Positions 10,793 through 24,007 of a stretch of 64,000 nucleotides of DNA are shown here, piece by piece. Under the pieces are notes generated by a model. It saw nothing but the letters and a program-made list of their open reading frames with translations. It searched no databases and had not been told where the DNA came from. How positions within the stretch are numbered: position 1 is the stretch's first letter; each line of letters begins with the position of its first letter. Source of the stretch: Thecamonas trahens ATCC 50062 (lineage: Eukaryota > Protista > Apusomonadida); assembly GCF_000142905.1 (NCBI RefSeq), contig NW_013657675.1, positions 248,001-312,000 of the forward strand. Reading direction: 5' to 3'. A program made the position numbers and the translations under genes.

Positions 10793-13643
10793 ATGTCAGG
10801 CTTTGTCGGCAAGCTCAGCTTGCACGTCCTCTGGGGCCGCGACCTCTACCGCGGCCCCCAGGCGACATGACCCAGGGCCCGGCCTCGCCGTACGTCGTCG
10901 CCCGCTACGGCGGCAAGAAGCGCAAGACGCCTGTGGCGGCCGACGACGCCCAGCCGTACTGGGACACCGTGCTGACGTTCAACCTCGCCAAGACAGAGGA
11001 CCAGCTGCTCGAGCTCGAGGTCCGCGACAAACGCACCCTCCGCGACAAGTCGGTCGGCTACTACGCCCTTGATCTCCGCCGCGTCCTCTCGCCCGCAGGC
11101 GCCGAGGAGTGGTTCACCCTCGGCCCGCGCCCGGGCAAGCCGGCCGAGTCTGCCCGCGGCGCCCTCTACCTCGCCATCTCCTTCTCCAAGTTTGTCGTCC
11201 GTGTTGATCGCGCCTTTGACCTCCCGCCCCCCAACCGCACCGGCAATGCCTACGCCACACTCTCGCCGCTCGATGCTGCCGTGGGCGCCGCAAGCTTCCG
11301 CGCCGGCCCTGGGTCGAGCGACCCGCAACGCAGTCCGGACACAGGTGCCGAGCCGGGGGCCGCCGGTGCCATCGGTCGCGACACCTACGTCTACCTCCGC
11401 TACGGCTCGACCAAGGTCAAGGGCGCTGTTGTGCCCGCCTCGCTCTCGCCCGTCTACGGCGAGACCTTCCACTTTCCCTACGTCCCCGGTGCACCTTTGA
11501 TCGACATCGAGCTTTGGTCGCGCGGCACACTCTCCGACTCCTCGCTTGGCAAGGTTGTTCTCTTCCTCTCTGACTTTGCTGATGGTGAGGTCGACGACTC
11601 GTGGTACCGACTCGTCCCGTGCGACGCGAGCAAGGCGGTGTCGGGCTCGCTCCGCCTCCAGGTCCAGGCCTTTACGCTCCCGGACGAGCTTGCGCCATCC
11701 TGGATGCCGGTCTCGGGCGCCGCTCCTGATGACGCCAGCCTCTTTGGCATCGCCTCGCACTCACCACCGCCGTCACCGGGCTCGGGCACTGTGCCGTCTG
11801 CCGAGCCAGCAGCTGCCGATTTCACCACATCCCATCCTGCCGAGTGGTGTGCAGCCCAGCTCCGGAGCTGGCTGGCAAGCCTCGGCCTCGAACACGCGCA
11901 CGCGCACGTTGTCGCCAGCGGGGTGTCTCCCGCACAGCTCGCCGATGCATCGACCATCGACCTCGCTGCCCAGCTCGACGTCCGCATGCCCACCGCCAAG
12001 CGCGCCTTTCGCTCGCTCCAGGAGCTCAAGGTTGCCTTTGTCAAGTCTGCCCCACCAGAGCTCCTTGCCACTGCGCCGTCCCATCTAATTCTTGCCCCGT
12101 CGACGTCGCGCCCATCGTCGCTGGCATTGCCGGACGACTTGGACGTTATGACTCTCCCTTTTGCCGCCGCCGAGCCCAGCGATGTGGCCGCTAATGGCAG
12201 CGATGGGGAGGACGACGTGTGCTCGTCTTCATCGTCTTCGTTCTGGACCACCTCGTCTGATGATGACGACGATGGAGACGGCGATGGCGATGGCAGCTCT
12301 GCTGCCGCTAGCTCGGCACCGCCGACGACTCCCTCCACCACCTCACCTCTCCCCGACGCCATCCCGGCTGCGACCACCAGCAGCGGCGCCGTCGCGCTTC
12401 GCATCATTTCTGGTCGTGAGTACGTCCATGCTTCCGGCATCGAGCTGGACAAGGCCAGCACGTACGTTGTTGCTACATGCGGCTCGGCCAAGGTCCGCTC
12501 CGTGACCGTCGCTGAAGAGTTTCTGCCCGTCTACAACACGCCGGCCTGGTTCCGCCTCGCGGACGCTGCACCTGCCCCGACGGCCGCGTCGGTATCAACT
12601 TCGACATCTTTCGGGCCAAAACGCTCGGCTCTGAGCCTATCGGCTCGGCCTTTGTTGCTGTGGATGATCTGCCGACCAACGGCAGCGCCTATGACGGGTG
12701 GCTCGAGGTGTGTGCGCCGTCCGACGGCGATGCGGCGGGGCCGGTTATCGGCGGCCTCCGGATCCATGCTGTGGTCTCGCGGCTGCGCCTCGCGCTGCTC
12801 GCTGCGCGCGGCCTCGGCACCACCGTCGGCGCTGCAGGAGGCCGCGAGCGTGAGCTACGGGTCTTTGCCACCCTCCGCTACGGCTCGCAGCATGCCGAGA
12901 CGCCAACAGTCGACGCCGTGCGCGGTGGCCAGGTAGACTGGAACGCACCAGCCGTCGAGCTCTGCCCCGAGCCCGGCGCTACCTTTGTCACCGTCAGTGT
13001 CTGGGCCCGCGGCTCGCTCTCCAACACCCACCTTGGTTCGATTCGGCTCCCGTTGGAGCGCTTTGACGACGCCGTCCGGCACATTGGCTGGGCCTCGCTC
13101 TCCCGCCGCAAGCCGTCCGAGCCCGAGCTCGACCCACACTTTGCCCAGATCAAGATCGCCGTCGCGGCCGCCGCCCTCCCCGCCTTCGTGCTCCACTGCC
13201 GGACGCCGGTGACTCACCACGACGACGGCGAGATCCTTGGCCAGGTCGGCGACAGCAGCTGTGGTACCGGCTCCGGCAACGACACCGACATCGACGTGGC
13301 TGCAGCCACCGCCGCCGCACGCCTTGGCCTTGCTTCGCCCAGTGGGCCTGCGCCCGACAAGCCACTGCCGTCGCTCCCACCGCGGCTGGAGAAAGCCAAC
13401 TCGACGCCGGCCATGCCGCGGCCGGCCGACGGCGATTCGCCATCCGGGCACCGCCACCGCCACCGCCGCCGCCGCCGCGTTGGCTCGGGCTCAGCTGCGC
13501 GCGATCACTCGTCTCGCTCGCCGTCGTCGTCCTCGCGGCCGCGTGCACGCACCGGCTCCAAGACTGCGGCTTCTCGGGCCCGCCACGGCTCACGCGGGAC
13601 TAAGGATGCGCTCAACCAATCGCGCTCGTTCTGGGACTGGTAG
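10793..13643 (+). CDS. Multi-C2 domain protein (4 C2) with central SAM-like domain; frameshifts at ~10855-10859 and ~12569
   Basis: The true start MSGFVGKLSLHVLWGRDL is in a different frame and joins SPYVVARYGGKKRKT..PYWD. Further C2 motifs: DTYVYLRYGS..PVYGETF, STYVVATCGS..PVYN, VFATLRYGSQ..VDWN. SAM-like WCAAQLRSWLASLGL. Confidence 0.8.
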
Positions 13644-13795
13644 TCTGGGACATGTGTTATTTGCTCTGATCCTCACACCACCGACCAGCAACAGCCGAGA
13701 ACTGTCGGCAATTGCACGAGGTGACGTGCTAGGAACCAGTCCATGTACCTGAGCAGGGACCGCACCTCGGAACTCGAGCAGGCATGTGGCGGCGG

Positions 13796-14328
13796 CTAGG
13801 CGGAGCAGATCATGCGGGCCAGCTCCTCGTAGTTGACCCATCCGTTGGGGTCGGGCTGCGCGTCTTCGACCATCGACTGCATCTCCTCGCGGTTAAACTT
13901 GTCGCCGTAGCGCGTCATGGCCTCTGTCAAGGTCTTGACCTGGATAAAGCCGGTGCCGTCCTTGTCGAAGAGCTTGAACGAGGCGATGACGTCCTCCGCC
14001 GACGGTGGCTTGGACGTCACCCGCGAGGCCATCAGCTGGCAGAACGAGTCGAACCGGATCATCCCACCCTGTCCGATCTGCTGCGCCATCTTGTTGATCT
14101 CTGCCGGCGGGTAGTTCTGGCCCAGGTCGCGCAGTGCCGCCCCGAGGTCGGCATACCGGATGCCGCCGCCCTTCTCATGGGCCGCAAACACCTGCAACAT
14201 GTGTGGGGGGGCAGGGGATGAATGTGAGTGAGTATGCATGTATGTATGTGTGTGTATGTGTGTGTGTGTGTATGTGTGTGTGCGTGTGTGTGTGTGTGTA
14301 TGTATGTTTGTGTGTATATGTGTGTGTA

Positions 14329-14366
<38 letters not shown>

Positions 14367-14534
14367 GCCTGAGCACCTTGGCCGAGTGTCCCCCTCCCTC
14401 CTCCTCCCCCCTCCTCCCCTCACCCTCCCCTCCTCCTCCCCCTCTCCCTCCTCCCCCCCCCCTCCCTCCCACTCCCCCCCTCCCCTCCTTTCACATACTG
14501 CACGGTACTCATTCATCTGCTCGTCGTCGGCCAT
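13796..14534 (-). CDS. Calmodulin/myosin light chain-like EF-hand protein; exons 14534-14499 and 14191-13796
   Basis: Phase-0 intron 14498-14192 (GTATGT...TTGCAG) gives MADDEQMNEYRA|VFAAHEK..LGQNYPPAEI..FKLFDKDGTGFI..GWVNYEEL. Confidence 0.88.
14225..14365. repeat. Imperfect (GT)n/(CA)n microsatellite inside the intron
   Basis: About 140 nt of tgtgtg with tgta interruptions. Confidence 0.95.
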
Positions 14535-14609
14535 GGTGCTCTGCAGGCGTCAAGTCTTACCACAGTTCACCCTCCACCAGCAGACCACCCACCACCCGCA
14601 AGCGGCAGT

Positions 14610-14673
14610 TACCACCACCACCACCAACCACCACCACCACCACCACCACCACCACCAACCACCACCACCACCA
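14610..14673. repeat. (CCA)n microsatellite
   Basis: accaccacc... about 20 units. Confidence 0.9.
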
Positions 14674-14914
14674 CCGTTACACCCCACCTCACCCCACCCC
14701 ACTTCACCACCACACTCCCCTCCCTCCTGAACAAAGCCCCTCTTACTCCCTCCCGGCCACACCGCCATGACCGCCCCACCCGCCGTGTACGCCACCTGTA
14801 CCTCCCTCCCCCCCTCCCCACGCATACACATCACTCACATCACTCACATCGGCCTCATCCAGCTTTGCCTTTGAGGACCTCTCAGACTCCACGTCAAGCA
14901 GACAGACAGAGCCG

Positions 14915-15659
14915 ATGCGCGCTCGGCGTACCGGACGCACGACTCCGGCCGAGGCAGAGTACGATGACGCCTCAACGGTCCTCTCATCATCGGCTGCATG
15001 GGCATCCGAGTCGGCGGCGAGCACGCACTCGCTGCTGACAATGACAAAGTCCACAGGTGCGCTGCCAGGAGAGACCAAGTTTGAGCGTTCGCTTCAGCGG
15101 ACGCCACGGCGGTCGTCGCAGAGTACGCCGCGGGCGCGGGCGCGGGCACGGGCGCGGTCGAGATCAAGCGCAAGCCCCGACACAACCCCTCGGCCCCGCT
15201 CGCGGCCGCGTGCCGCGGTGTCCACTGTCCGCACAAAGCGATCACGGACATCGTACAAAGCATTCGCGGCCGGGCTGGATGAGAGGATGAAAGCACGGAC
15301 CGGCCCGCGAGTTGTCGACAACAGCGCCACAAGGTGGATCCGTCGCCGCCGCCCGCCGCCGCCGTCGCTTGACGGCGCCGCCAAGCCTGGAAACTGGCAG
15401 GCGACGCCCGGGCCGGGCGACTACGCTGACGGCGCTGCCGCATCGACGCTCTCCAAGCGTCTCGATGCCGCAGACCGGACGCAGGCCGACCGACAAGCGG
15501 CGTGCCGCGCTCCTCGCGTGGCGAAAGACATCAACGCCGGGCCCGGGCGCGTACCGCAACGCCGCGCCGTCGACGCTCAAGCCGTCGTCAACCGGCGTCT
15601 CCATCCCGCGATCGGCGCTCTCGTCGCATGCAGCCTTTGACTGGGCCAAGTTTGGATGA
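14915..15659 (+). CDS. SHIPPO/ODF3-type PGPGxY repeat protein (probably axonemal); frameshift ~15455
   Basis: TPGPGDY..STLSK in one frame and TPGPGAY..STLKP in the next frame. Confidence 0.55.
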
Positions 15660-16133
15660 TGTGGACCTGCGGCTAGTGCTGCAATCAGCGCCCGTCCGCA
15701 CAAGATCCGCCCTCTCCCGCACTTTGTCCCCATCGAACGAACAGCTGAAGTTGCGGAAGGAAAGAGTCTAGACCGAGCGCGGGTCCCGGCAGGCAGCCGG
15801 AACTACAGGCTCGCCTTGATTGTCCGCATCACTGTCAACCGTCCTCTTCCCGCACGCCGATCTGCGGCAAACCATTCAAAGCAGAACCCTTACCTGTCCT
15901 CCCTAGCCGTACCCTGTACCTTGGAACCGCTTTGCCTCCCACTACAGGCCCGGCGGCATTGGGCGAGTCGGCTAGGTGGCCGAGCTGAGCCGCACTTGAA
16001 GGTACACACGTGCTGGACATTGGATACGCGAAAACGTTTCGCCTCCCTTTTTTTGCTCCACCACCGACGCACACCTCTCCGTCTCACAGGGGAGGCACGT
16101 CCTTTCTCCTCTTCTTCCGCACCGCTGTCCACC

Positions 16134-19039
16134 ATGCAGGCTTCGGTACAGGCGCCAGTTGTCCTGGCCCCCGAGGCCCGCCCAGTCCTTGCAAATGCCT
16201 TCCATAGTCTGGTCCTTCTCGGTACGCCCCTTGCAAGCCCCCCCCCCCCCCCCCCTGCCCGCCTCTTGGCCGTCACGCCCGTGTCGCACCCGGACGCGTG
16301 GCCACTTGGACGCGTGGCCGATGCTTTGCCACCCGGTCGCTCCCGACCCCCCCCCCATACCTCCTCCTGCATCCCGTCATTGCCCCTGGACACCACAAAC
16401 CACCCTACGCGCTAGTGCGGGGTACCGCCCCCCTATTCCCGGGGTTAACCCTGTATCCTCCCGTCCTCAACGCCTCCCAACCCGGACCCCGTACGCCCGC
16501 CCCAGGCTGTGCTGATCGGTGGTGGAGCTGGTTTTATTCGGCGGCCTCTGTCTTTCCGCCCAGCCGCTATCTGCCGCCGGGTCATCTCCGCAATTTCCCG
16601 CCCCCCAGCCGCTCCCGAACCTGCCGCTCCTCCTCCTGGCGCAACAGCGGCTGTCTCGGTTGTTGCGAGACGCCGAGCCTATGCCCCATGTCTAGAGCAT
16701 GTCTCTCGCTCTGCTGTGGGCAAAACACCGACTCTGCTTTGCCGCTCGCCGGCTGTGACGTAGCTGACTCGGCCGCCGCTCGTGCGGGGTTTTGCACGCG
16801 TTGGCAATATCTCAATTTTCTGCATTTTTTAGCCACGCGCCACTCTCTGCCCTCCCACCCCCTCCCACTCACTCGGTCAAGGGCGGCAGGGTCCAACGTT
16901 GCGTTCCTCGACCTCTCCCAGGTCACCATGCACCTGCCAGCGGCGCCAGACAACGGCGAGCGCGAGCCGCTGGAGCCTGGCGAGATGGAGGTGGATCTCG
17001 ACGCGCTCATCCGCGACGGAGTGCGACGGGCGTTGGTCGACCGAAAGCCGAGCGAGGCGCTCGTGGACGAGCCAGAGGCGTCGGACGACGGCTCGCTCGA
17101 GTCGTCAACAACGTTCACCTCGGAGTCGTCCGAGTCGCTGTGGTCGTCAGCCACGTCTGGCGAGCGGAGCGAGACCAGCTCCGAGTCTGCAGGCACCACG
17201 CCGCGGCTTGCCCTCATCAACCTCGAGCCGCTGCTGCTCTCGTTCTCCATGTTCCGCAACCGCGACTACTGGGGCCCTGTGGCGCTGCCTGTTGTGCTCG
17301 AGTCGTACGTGGCCGAGCAGCTGTCCAAGGCTTGCGCCGACGCGCCAGGCGCATCCAAGGTCACGTACGTTTTCTACCTGGCTTGCACCGGGTTTTGGGT
17401 CCACCTCGAGCGTGCTCGCGGGCTGACCAACGCGGCCACCGTGGCCGCCTCACTGGCCATGCTCATGGACGGCGAGCTGCGTCCCGAGGCTGTCGAGTCA
17501 GCCTTTGCGCCCATCTCTGACCGGTTCCTTCCGTTCAAGGACGCGTCATCGTTCCAGTCGTGTTACGACGTGACTTTTGGCGACACGGTGCGTGCCTTGT
17601 CGCGTGCGCTCCGCCACGGCCTCGTTCCCGCGTCGTGGTCCAAGCTCCCTTCGCACCTCCCGTCGCCGCGCCACTGGACCGCCACAGATACGGTGGTCGA
17701 CTACAACTGGATTGTCGCTGGCAAGCTCATCGGTTTTGCGGGCCCCTCGCTCTCGGCTGCCCGGCCGTCGACGCCGGCACACTTTACTCCGCTCCTGCAG
17801 CGGGTTGGCGTCTCGGCCATTGTCCAGCTCAACGGTGATCCCAAGACCTACGAGGCGGCCGACTTTGTCGAGCGCGGATTTGCCCACTACGATCTGTGCT
17901 ACAAGGACGGCTCGGTCCCGCCGGCCGGGGTTGTTCCACAATTCTTGCACATCTGCGATACCACCGATGGCATCGTAGGCCTCCACTGCCGCATGGGTGT
18001 CGGCCGGACCGGCACCCTCGCCGCCGCCTACATGATGTATCGCTACCGGTTTTCGGCCCGTGACGCCATCGCCTTTATCCGTCTCGCCCGCGCCGGCACC
18101 GTCGTCGGTATCCAGGCACTCTACCTTGAGAAAGTCCAATCGACGCTGTGGACCGCCGGCGAGGCTGTCCACGCCGGCGCCGAGCTCGACGACCTCTCGC
18201 CCATCTCGTCGCCTCGCGACGCCCACGACGGGCCTGCCATGCACGTTGCCGCCCCGGTCCGCCCCTCGGCAGTCCCGCGCCTGGCGCTCACAGCCCTCGC
18301 CGACAGGGACAGCTTCGGGCCAGCGGCCCCGTCGGGCTCGTCTGCCACCGCCGGCCGCTCCGCCTCTAAGGGCCGCGCCAAGGCCGAGGCCAAGACCTCG
18401 CCGGTCTTTGACTACTCGTTTACTCCGGAAATTTCGCAGGACGAAGTGGCGCTTTGGACGCGCCGCAACCAGCGAATCTCCATGATCTATCACCTCAACA
18501 CCCGCGTCGGTCGCGCAGCGCTGTTCATCACTCTCCTCAACGCATACGACTCGCTCGTCGCCGCTGTCCCATCACTCATCGACGCCCGCCCTGCCAACCT
18601 GCTGCCGCGCCTCATCAAGGCCGTCAACGCCGAGCAGCAGCAGGCTCTGCCCGAGCCACAGGCTGCCCGCCCGCCCTCGCCGCTCACCGTCGCCTCCAAG
18701 ATCAGATCGCGCTCGGGCTCATCGACGTCCTCGATGGCCTCCTCCGGCTCGGTCGCGTCGTCGTCGTCGTCTCGGTCGCGCCGCTCGTCGCGTGCCTCAC
18801 GCGAGCCCCGCGACACTGATCGCAGCACCGACCGCACATCGGCCAAGGCCAAGGCCAAAGCCAAGGCCAAGGCTAAGGCCAAGGCCAAGGCCAAGGCCAA
18901 GGCCAAGACCCATGACAACCGCGCGCCATCGCCGAAGCGCGCGCCGCCCAAGGCAAAGGCCAAGGCCAAGGCAAAAGCCAAGTCAAAGGCCAAGCCCCGC
19001 TCCTCGTCGAATGGCTCGACCTCGCATGCGTCGCGCTGA
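16134..19039 (+). CDS. CDC14: CDC14-like dual-specificity phosphatase; exon 1 16134-16221, exon 2 from 16890
   Basis: DYWGPV, FLPFKDAS, DYNWIVAGKLIGFAGP, HYDLCYKDGSVP, HCRMGVGRTGTL, AIAFIRLARAGTVVGIQ. A compatible phase-1 intron G|GTACGC...GGCAG|GG is inferred for the 5' end. Confidence 0.82.
18841..18993 (+). repeat. (AAGGCC)n repeats encoding KAKAKA tracts
   Basis: Two arrays within the CDC14 tail. Confidence 0.9.
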
Positions 19040-19333
19040 TATGTCTTGCGCACCCCATCCCCCGCGCCTGTTGCCTCATTCCTGGCGCGCCGGCCGGCGT
19101 CCAAATGGTCGTTGCCGCCGGCATGCCCAGGCACACGCAGCTTGCGACTCATTTTTACCAACCTGAGCCATTTGCCGTCTCTGTCGTTGTTTCGCCTCGA
19201 TTGCGGCCACCCGGGCACTCTTTCTCTTTCCTTCTTCCCCTCCTGTACCTTGCTCGGCACCTGCGCGCCGGCACGACATCAAACGAAACCTCTTGGCCGG
19301 GCATCATGTCTCGTGGCTGCGCGCGTCTGCTTG

Positions 19334-21764
19334 TTAATGACCAAGCTTGCGGACGGTGCGAACGACGTCAACAGCCTCAATGACATCACCCTCTTCAAAG
19401 GCGATGCCGTCGAGAACTAGGCCACCCTCCTGGCCGGTCCCAATCTCGCGGACCTCGTCCTTGAACCGCTTGAGCGAGTCCGGCCCGCGCGGGCCTCGGC
19501 CACGACCTCGCCGGCGCGGACAACGCGGACCGCCGCCGAGCGCGAGAGCACACCCGACTTGACCCGAAAGCCGCCAATGTTCATGGCGCGGGCCTGCGAC
19601 CGCGAGCCGCCGGTATAGGGGAAGACCTGAAGGACCGAGGCCGTCCCGACAACCTGGGTCTCCTCCACCGCAGGCAGCAAGTCCTCGACCAGCGACCGCA
19701 GCGTGTCGTCGAGGTTGTAGATGATCGAGTGCCGGTGGATGGGCACTCCCTTGAGCTTGGCAGCAGCGGCGGCGTTTGGCTCGACCTTGGTGTTGAAGGC
19801 AAGGATGTGCCCGCCGGTGAGCGCCACCTTTTCCACGTCCGAGAGCGTGACCGCGCCGACAGCGGCGCCAAGGACGGCGAGCTCGACCTCGTCGGTGAGC
19901 GCGGCAACGTTGTCGACGCAGCTCTCCAGTGCATCGACCGAGCCAGCTACGTCGGCCTTGACTAGAATCTCCAGCACCGGTGGCTCATCTTCGGACCGCT
20001 CGCCGGCGGCCGCCATGGCCTTGCGGGCCTCGGCCCGCGCCGCCATCCGCGCCCGCCGCGCCGCCGCCCGCTCGCGGCCTGTCGCCTGCTTGGAGAGCTG
20101 CGGCGGCGCGTTCCGCTGCGCCGCCCGTGACGCGGCCAGCCGCTCACGGTACGCAGTCTCGGCTGCGGCCTCTTGTGCCTCGAGCGCTGCAGCCTCGGTC
20201 CGCGCGTCGAGCACGGCCTTGGCCTCGGCCTCGGACGCCACGGCGACCACCGTGTCGCCCGCCGCCGGCAACTCCTTGAAGCCGACAACTTCGCCGACTT
20301 GCGACGGGCGGAGCTCCTTGAGCATCTTGCCTGCGGCGTCGCGGATGCCTTTGACCCGCGCCCACGTCTCGCCGGCTACCAGCGCGTCGCCGGTCTTGAG
20401 CGTCCCGCGTTGCAGCAGAAGCGTGGCGAGCGGGCCCATCCCCTTGGCCATCCGCGCCTCGAGCACCGAGCCCTCACCTGGTCCGTCGACCACCGCGCTC
20501 AGCTCGAGCATCTCTGACTGCAGCAGCAGAGCCTCAACAAGGGCATCGAGGCCCGACTCTGAGCCGTCGGCAGTTGCCACCGTCGGCACGCACAGAACCT
20601 CGCCACCCTGCTCCTCGACCACCACTCCATGCTCCATCAGCTGCAGCTGGACGTTGAGCGGGTCAGCGCCGGGCTTGTCCATTTTGTTGATGGCGACCAC
20701 CAGCGGGACGCCCTCGCGCTTGGCATGCCGGATCACCTCCTCGGTTTGTGGCTTGACGCCGTCGTCGGCGGCAACCACAAGGACAATGATGTCCGTGAGG
20801 AGCGCCGACCGCGACCGGATGCCGTCAAACGCGGCGTGACCGGGTGTGTCGATAAAGGTCACCGCCGAAGCGCCGGTTCGTGCAGGCGGCTGGCCAGCGC
20901 CGCCACCGCCCTTGCCCTTCTTGCCCTTCTTGCCCTTCTTGCCCTTCTTCCCGCCTTTCTTCCCGCCCTGCCGCCCACCGACAATCGTACCGCCCACCAT
21001 CACCTCAAACGCCGCTAGGTGCTGCGTGATGCCGCCGGCCTCGCCGTCAACCACAGACGTGTTGCGCAGATTGTCAAGCAGTGACGTCTTGCCGTGGTCA
21101 ACGTGGCCCATGACCGCCACCACCGGCTGCCGCGGCTCTGCTCGCTCGTCGTCTGCAACGCTCGCCCCGCCGCCATCGCCGGCCGATCCGGCGCCGGCCG
21201 CCACCAGCTCAGCACCTTGCGCACCTGCGTCCTTGATCTCGGCCTCGACCCCAAAGACTTCGGCCACTAACTCGGCCACGTCGAGCGGAATGCGGACAAC
21301 GGGCGCGTCGCGCCGAACCCGCCGCGGCAGCCGCATCCCAGCATCTGCCAGCGCCCGCCGGAGCAGATGCGCCTTGACCCCGAGTCCCTGCGAGAGTTCC
21401 GCCAGCGTCGGCGGGACAGTCAGCACAAGCTTTTTGCCCACGCCTGCGCTACCTGCGCCTCCCATGCCTCCCGATGGCCGTCCCTGGCCTCTGCGGGACG
21501 CGTTGTGACCACGGCCGCGATGCGGACCACCCAAGTGGCCACGATGGCCGCCGCCGCCTCCGCTGCCACCTGCCCCGCCACCTCCGCTTACACCTCCTCC
21601 ACTCTTCCCCCCCCTTTCCTTCCTCCGCCTCCGCCACCGCCACTTCCGCTGCTCGCCCATGCCCGCGACACAGCCGCCGCCGCCGCCGCCGCCGCCACTG
21701 GCTGGCCCCCCGCCGGCCCTCCTCCCGCAAGCAGCCCTGCTCTCCAGCACGCCACACGCAGCAT
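19334..21764 (-). CDS. MTIF2: Mitochondrial translation initiation factor IF-2; frameshifts ~21610 and ~19483
   Basis: RQPVVAVMGHVDHGKTSLLD, GEAGGITQH, DTPGHAAF, NKMD, KADVAGSVDAL. The C-terminus DSLKRFKDEVREIGTGQEGG..GDVIEA is in a shifted frame ending TAA 19334. The presequence-like MLRVACWRAGLL is in a shifted frame from 21764. Confidence 0.92.
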
Positions 21765-22023
21765 ACTCTACCTTGCTGACCGAGAGTGCCCTACCGAGGT
21801 GTCGCTACCGTGCTACGCGCGCGTCAGGTGTGCCCTCTCCCAATCTTGGCGTGGCGCTGTTACCCGTGCCCCCCCTCCCCCTCCCGCCATTGCCGACGCG
21901 TCGTGACGTCGGGATCCCTCTCGCTGCAAACGCCCGGCTCCCCGGCTTGGCCTTCCGGCTCCTCGTCGACCTCCCCCTTCGCTGTTGCTCCATATTACAC
22001 ATCGCAGCGACAGAACATTCAAT

Positions 22024-23624
22024 TTAGTTGAACTCGATGCCCTGCGAGAGCGGCATGTCGTTCGAGGTGTTGATGGTCGCCGTCCCGCGACGCATGTACT
22101 GTTTCCAGGTGTCCGAGCCCGACTCCGACGAGTCGCCCGAGGCCTTGTTGGCCTGGAAAGCGCCACCGATCTCAGCGCCCGACGACGAGGTGTTGACGTT
22201 GACGATGCCGCAGTCCGAGCCGTAAGGGCCGGTCCACCGGGCCATCGAGCCGATCGAGGTGGTGAAGAGCGCCGAGGCAAGACCCTGCGGGACCGAGTTG
22301 TTGATGGCAATGGCCTCGTCGAGGTTCGAGTACTTGACGGTGTGGAGGATCGGCAGGAAGAGCTCGTCCTGCAGCAGCGGCGAGTCAGCGCTCATGGCGG
22401 TGATGGTCGGCGCCACAAAGTTGCCGCGGGTCTCGTTGCCGTTCGACTCGTGCGTCACAATGTCGCCGCCGACGAGGATCTCGCCGCCCTGCGCCTTGAT
22501 CTCGGCCACGCCGGCCTTGAACTGCTCGACCGCAGCCTTGGTGTGGAGCGGGCCGTAGAGGATGCCGTCCTCCAGCGGGTCGCCCATCCGGACCTGCGCG
22601 TACAGCTTGGTCAGCCGCTCGAGGAACTCGTCGTGGATGTCCTCGTGGAGAAGCAGACGCCGCGTCGACGTGCACCGCTGGCCGGCGGTGCCGACCGAGC
22701 CGAAGAACACAGCCTGGAGCGCGAGGTCCAGGTTGGCGTCGGCCTCGACAACCACCGCGGCGTTGCCGCCAAGCTCGAGAATCGACCGCCCGAACCGCGA
22801 CTGCACCACCTTGCCCACCTCGAGGCCGACCGCCGTCGAGCCGGTAAACGACATGAGCTTGATCCGCTCGTCAGCAGCCATGGCCTTGCCGATCGGCACA
22901 TCACCCTGCACAAGCGACGAGATCGCACCCGGCAGCGAGTTGGCCTCCAGCACGTCGGCAAAGATCTTGGTCACAGCCACAGACGTGAGCGGCGTCGTAG
23001 GCGCCGCTTCCACACGCACACGTCACCGCACACAAGCGCAATCGCGGCGTTCCACGCCATCACAGCCACAGGAAAGTTGAACGCAGTGCAAATGCCCACA
23101 GGGCCGAGCGGGTTCCACACCTCGTGCAGCAGGTGGCCGGGCCGCTCAGAGTTGAGCGTCAGGCCGCCGATCGTCCGCGAGAGTCCGGTCGCGTAGTCGC
23201 AGATGTCCACCGCCTCCTGAACCTCGCCAACACCCTCGGCCTTGATCTTGCCCATCTCCAGCGCCACAAGCTTGCCCAGCGGCTCGAGCTTCTCGCGGAA
23301 CGCGTTGCCGATCTGCCGCACAATCTCGCCACGCTGCGGCATCGGCACGCCCTGCCAAACCTGCTGAGCTTCCATGACATTGCCCATCACACGCTCGTAG
23401 TCCTCCACAGTCGCCGTCGTAACCTTGCCAATCTCTTCGTTGGTGTACGGCGACGTCGAGCTCACAACCTCGCCAGACGCATCCCAGCTCCCGTCGTACA
23501 CGCCCGAGTTGGTCTCTGAGAGACCGAGCTCAGACAGGAACGACGTGTCCTGCGACACCCGCGCCACGCTCGCCAGCGTCCGCCGCGCCGACATGCGGAT
23601 TCCATTCGAAGCAACAGAGAACAT
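22024..23624 (-). CDS. ALDH7A1: Aldehyde dehydrogenase family 7 (antiquitin); frameshift ~23007
   Basis: [82 protein letters not shown]. Confidence 0.93.
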
Positions 23625-23628
23625 CGAC

Positions 23629-24007
23629 CTGTGGACATGCCCCCCGTGCCAAATAAAAGTCAAAAGACCATGCCAGCCGATGGCGACATGGTGACGTGAG
23701 CAGCGACAGCAGGCGACCGAGTCCGACCGACCCGACCCAACCCAACCCATTGCCACCAGCATCACCCGGACCACCCACCGAGCCATCCCCGCCCCCATCC
23801 CCATCCCCCATACATGTCATACTCCCAGTGTCAGTCCCCTCCCCTTCTTTGCCTCCCGTCCTCCTTTCGTGCTCACCACCTCTGCTCACACGCACCCAAT
23901 CTCCATCACACAGCAAGTGCGTTGCCTCCCCTCCCGCACCCCCTCCCGCACCCTCCACACACACTGTAATGCCTAGCACCCAGTCCTGCCAACTACTCCG
24001 TCCATAC
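23629..24007 (-). other. Putative 5'-UTR intron of ALDH7
   Basis: CAG|GTATGG donor, G-rich body on the sense strand, CCACAG acceptor 4 nt before the ATG. Confidence 0.5.

Noticed and set aside
14059-14834. His/Thr, Cys/Val and poly-Trp ORFs
   Set aside because: Translations of the (GT)n and (CCA)n microsatellites.
19334-23624. IF2 and ALDH7 as pseudogenes
   Set aside because: Only single-base frameshifts, with intact catalytic motifs and codon bias.
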